The notes below the pieces were generated by a model, which had not been told where the DNA came from, made no database searches, and worked only from the letters and a program-made list of their open reading frames with translations. DNA of 64,000 bases from Macrostomum lignano. Lineage: Eukaryota. The DNA is taken from assembly GCA_002269645.1 (NCBI GenBank), contig NIVC01001425.1, positions 176,666 through 240,665 of the forward strand. The letters are read 5' to 3'. A program made the translations under genes and the position numbers. Shown here piece after piece: positions 49,321-64,000 of this stretch (position 1 is the stretch's first letter; every line of letters starts with the position of its first letter).

Positions 49321-50184
49321 CCATCAGTGTTGGTGACACATGAGAAATCCCACGATGAGCATCGCATTCCCCTGCAGTTACAGTTCGCAGCCAAGATCCC
49401 CAATATCCTCAAGCTGAACTCGGCCACAAATTAACCGATTTTGATGAAGCGATTCGCGCAACTTTTATCAGCCGAGCTTCTGCTCTCTCAGAGCGAGGCC
49501 CAGGCCAACCAATTCAACCAATCAAATGAGGCAAATCAAAATAGAATCAGGAAGCTGGAAGCCCCATCAATGCTCCCCCACCTCCCTGGAAACTCGGCCT
49601 TCCTATCTGCCACGCCCATCCTCTTCTTTTGCTGCTTTAACGAGATAACGAGGCTGATGCAATTTCTGCTTTTCCCCGGGCCCCCCTTAGCGGAGGTGGC
49701 GGCGGCGGCGGCGGCTTCACATCTTTTTGCGACAAATTTGCCACATCAAACATCCAGCCTCACTTCCTGAGTCTGCTCTCTTCTGTCTTGAGCCGTGGCC
49801 AATTGCTCAACTGGCTTCTCCCACTTGTCAAGTGGGCCAAGGGATGCTGGGCCGCCTCCCCTTCGACTCTGATGAGGCATTGTTGAGGAAACCAAATTAC
49901 CCTTGCTGGCCTCAACTGGGAATCCTTTTTGGCTCTCTTTCCCGTTTATCTTCTCCTCCTCCACCCTCTCTCTCTCCATCGCTCCTTTTTATCGGCATTA
50001 ACAAATTGGCAGCTCTTGAGCACCCGGCCACCCCCAGTCACCCCCCACGCGCGCCGAATATCGGGGCTTCCTTCCGAGGCAGGAAGAAAACAGGAAAGGA
50101 CTGAGCGGCTTCACTGCAGATTAGCGATGCTTTCTCTTTTGAATGGAAGAGATTCTTTGGTAAGGAAATTCAAGCATCAGATTG

Positions 50185-50725
50185 TGGCGCTAGATAGTGG
50201 CGCTAGATAGTGGCGCTAACTATGTCGCTAGATTGTAGCGCTAGATCGTGGCGCTAGATTCTGGCAGTAGACTATGGCGCTAGACTATGGCACTACATTG
50301 TGGCGCCTGAGTGTGGCGCTAGATTGTGACGCTAGACTATGGTGCTAGACTATAGCGCTAGATATTGTCGCTAGACCGTGGCGCTAAATTATTGGTGCTG
50401 GATTGTGGCGCTAGATTGTGGCGCTAGATTATGGTGCTAAATTGAGGTGCTAGATTGTGGCGCTAGATTGTGGCGCTAGATTGTGGCGCTAGATTGTGGC
50501 GCTAGATTGTGGCGCTAGATTGTGGCGCTAGATTGTGGCGCTAGATTGTGGCGCTAGATTGTGGCGCTAGATAGTGGCACTAAATTTTGGCGCTATATTG
50601 TGGCGCTAGATTGTGGCATAAAATTTTGGTGTTAGATTTGTGGCGCTAGATTGAGGCGCTGGGTTTTGGCGCTAGATTGTGGCGCATGATTGAGGCGCTG
50701 GGTTTTGGCGCTAGATTGTGGCGCA
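50185..50725. repeat. 13-bp minisatellite (AGATTGTGGCGCT)
   Basis: Homogeneous core with degenerate flanks. Confidence 0.93.
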
Positions 50726-51724
50726 TGTCTATTGCAAGGCCCAGCTTATTGACACCTCTTGTGGCAGGCACATTTTGCCTTGGCAAAGCTGACTTCAAGG
50801 CTGCACCAATTCCTGGTGTAATTAAACCCTCCAGCTCTGCACCGTCACGCCATCTGCCTTCCGGGTCGGCAATCCTCCGCTGTGTTTATTCACCGATAGT
50901 CACTAATATGAGAAGTCAGGCAGTTAAAGATCAGCTGTCTCCCAACCCTGCCTAGATTGGTGGCATCGTGCCATTATTTTGGAGATCTGTTTGCCCGTTG
51001 TCAAGGACCTCAAGGTCTCTAAGTTAGACAGCAGAGGGGAATGAGAAATAGACAGAGATCTCAGAAGGGAACGAGTGGGCTGCTCTCTGAGGTGGTTATT
51101 GACCCTCCTGTCAAGGTAAGTGCCTAGCTGTGTCTTCCGGGTGGAGCAGTGTGTGACGCAGAGAGCTGCAGGAAAGATCAGTGTCTCTGGTTCGCCTTCA
51201 CTTTCCACTCCCCGAGTGAGTAGAGGCGGGGAGGGTGGGTTTCGGTTTGTAAACAGTTCCCCGAGGCTTAAGCCTCTTGTATTCGACAGCCTAGACTGCC
51301 AAACACTAGCTGCGCGTCCCGGCGTCTTGTCAAAAGAGCAATTTCTATTAATCTCTTGCCAGACCTTTTGTTGAGTTGTATTTCATTTTGCTTTGCGCTA
51401 AGCTCGATAGCTGTCTCGTGTCTTTAACTATTCTCTTTTTTAAAAGCAGAGAGAACACTGGCGGCTCTATCTGACCACTAATTACCAGAGCTGTGGCTCA
51501 CTGCGCGACCCTGCTGCTCAAACACGGAATAATTCATCAAATAAAAGTTGACCAAGAGTGACGAAGAAGTGAGGGTTGTCTGTCTATCAGTCTGCCTGAT
51601 TATCCTACTTGCTGAGACTGTCTTCTTGTCTGGCACCTCTGTTGCAGACTGGATGGAAATAAGTAATAAGAACCCTGCTAGATTGCAAGGGTACAGCAAA
51701 AAAACAGAAACTCGATTGACTTTG

Positions 51725-52345
51725 AGCCATAGACTATATGGGTGAAGCTTATGACTCCGCTGTTAGCATTCAGTGCGGTTTGGCCATAGACTATATGGGT
51801 GAAGCTTATGGCTCCGCTGTTAGCATTCAGTGCGGTTTGGCCATAGACTATATTGGTGAAGCTTATGGCTCCACTGTTAGCCTTGAGCTCGGCTTGGCCA
51901 TAGACTATATGGGTAAAGCTTATGGCTCCGCTGTTAGCATTCAGTGCGGTTTGGCCATAGACTATATTGGTGAAGTTTATGGCTCCACTGTTAGCCTTGA
52001 GCTCGGCTTGGCCATAGACTATATGGGTGAAGCTTATGGCTCGGCTGTTAGCATTCAGTGCGGTTTGGCCATAGACTATATGGGTGAAGCTTATGGCTCC
52101 ACTGTTAGCCTTGAGCTCGGCTTGGCCATAGACTATATGGGTAAAGCTTATGGCTCCGCTGTTAGCATTCAGTGCGGTTTGGCCATAGACTATATGGGTG
52201 AAGCTTATGGCTCGGCTGTTAGCATTCAGTGCGGTTTGGCCATAGACTGTATGGGTGAAGCTTATGGCTCGGCTGTTAGCATTCAGTGCGGTTTGGCCAT
52301 AGACTATATGGGTGAAGCTTACGGCGCCCCTGTTTGCCTTGAGCT
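51725..52345. repeat. 57-bp minisatellite with two interleaved unit types
   Basis: About 11 units, GCCATAGACTATATGGGTGAAGCTTATGGCTCC..., with variants CATTCAGTGCGGTTT and CCTTGAGCTCGGCTT. Confidence 0.93.
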
Positions 52346-53064
52346 CGGCTTGGCCATAGATATTCGCTGCAAAGCTACTAATGTTAAAGAACAAACATAG
52401 AGACAGCAGAATACTCCGATTTTTCCAAAGCAGCGATAGAGAGGACAGGAACTATATAAGGAAACAAAGACTAGTACAATAATATCAATCGATACGATTT
52501 AAAACATTGTATTGAATAGAAACTTTAGAATAGCGAGTGCAAGGAGCAGAAGATAGCTTGCAAGCTCAGTTAACTCTGGGAATAGCTTAGCATTTCAGTT
52601 AGACAGGGAGACAGTGCGCAGTGGTGGCAGTGCTGACTATTTCTAACACAGCAACTTAGGAATTATATAGTACACAGGATTTCTCAGTACAGTTAGAGGT
52701 CAGTAAGCATCTTAAATCATAAATCGTATCAGTCGCTTTCAATTTAAGTTTTTAGACAACAGCGTTTTTTAAATGAAATTATTACGCGTTTAAAATCGCG
52801 CCACAGTTCTTTTATAACAAATAAACACAAAAATGCGTTAACGCTGTAATATTAGATGAGTTGACACAGAACGACAACACAGGACAGAAGGGACTTTTAA
52901 TCAGACAAATAAAAGTTTGGCTACAAGTCATTGCATTTACTCCAAAATTGCTAAGGGTATTACATTCATGCTCATCTCATCAATAGACAACTATATAAAG
53001 TGCATTAGTGAGATAGTGGAAACTGTTCGAGTTAGGCCTTAAAGTGTCTTCTTGGTATTGCTTT

Positions 53065-53397
53065 GGAAAGTTAAGGGATTGGGAAGTTTAGGGATTGGGA
53101 AGTTAAGGGATTGGGAAGTTTAGGGATTGGGAAGTTAAGGGATTGGGAAGTTTAGGGATTGGGAAGTTTAGGGATTGGGAAGCTTAGGGATTGGGAAGTT
53201 TAGGGATTGGGAAGCTTAGGGATTGGGAAGTTTAGGGATTGGGAAGGTAAGGGATTGGGAAGTTAAGGGATTGGGAAGTTTAGGGATTGGGAATTTTAGG
53301 GATTGGGAAGTTAAGGGATTGGGAAGTTTAGGGATTGGGAAGTTAAGGGATTGGTAATTTAAGGGATTGAGAAGTTTAGGGATTGGGAAGTTAAGGG
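53065..53397. repeat. 16-bp G-tract minisatellite (GGGATTGGGAAGTTTA)
   Basis: About 20 units with two G3 tracts each. Confidence 0.95.
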
Positions 53398-53511
53398 AAA
53401 ACAGCCCCTAAACCAAAGAACATTTTGGCATTAAACTTGAGGACAGCTAAACTTGTTACAGCATGACTCGAAAACGATGCGCTTTTTCTACTTAAAAAAT
53501 TGTCTATGGAC

Positions 53512-63581
<10,070 letters not shown>

Positions 63582-64000
63582 TCGAAATTTCTATCGCTAA
63601 TTGCGAGTAAGTTCGATTATTTTTCAATTTTCAAAGCAAATTGCGGCAAAGTTTCTGGCATGCCTGTTCTTATCGTTACTTTCAATTTTTGAACCGCGCC
63701 GGGGCCCCAGCCAGTCTCCCAACCCCCCCCCTCCCCCCAGGTGGCGGCAGGGAGGCGTCAACCACTCAGGTTGCTTCTCCTGCGCTCCTCCTCTCCTCCC
63801 TCGCGAAACGTGACAGGCTGACGCCACCCCCAATGGCATCGCTCGGGGATTCGTCAAGGCAATATGAATCCCTCCCCACCTCAGATGCCCACCAAAGGGA
63901 TATTAGTTTAGCCATCTCTTCTCACCATGGATTACTAACATTAAATAAGCGCAGTCTGGAATGAAAACAGCAACAACATTTTTTGATGCATTGGTGGATT

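Noticed and set aside
47567-49339. 590-, 534- and 491-aa Cys/His-rich ORFs
   Set aside because: A 17-bp unit gives the same 17-aa cycle in all three frames; not zinc fingers.

Overview
Eukaryotic (metazoan) genomic DNA with GC-rich exons, AT-rich spacers and a very high density of minisatellites. The style resembles a macrostomid flatworm, but that is an inference. Bases 1-16 kb are a transposon graveyard: gypsy integrase remnants, a decayed Harbinger-type Myb/SANT gene, a recent Mag-like Ty3/gypsy element (5-bp TSD, internal deletion), a CMC/EnSpm-like element carrying a hAT MITE, and an LTR with a duplicated tRNA-Leu PBS. Bases 18-64 kb hold four spliced genes that I reconstructed by hand with consistent splice phases or recognisable motifs: NEK1 (+, 8 exons, 1253 aa), a NudC/NUDT13-like gene whose catalytic middle is missing (+), an uncharacterised helical protein (-, 3 exons, 403 aa) and Tbx2/3 (omb) (-, 5 exons, 652 aa). 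There is also a tRNA-Glu(CTC) and a nested antisense ORF in NEK1 intron 4. The most striking pattern is that all 14 recognisable introns contain their own tandem-repeat array, usually starting within about 50 bp of the donor. Most long ORFs in the supplied track are artefacts of these arrays. No database searches were run; family calls rest on recalled motifs.
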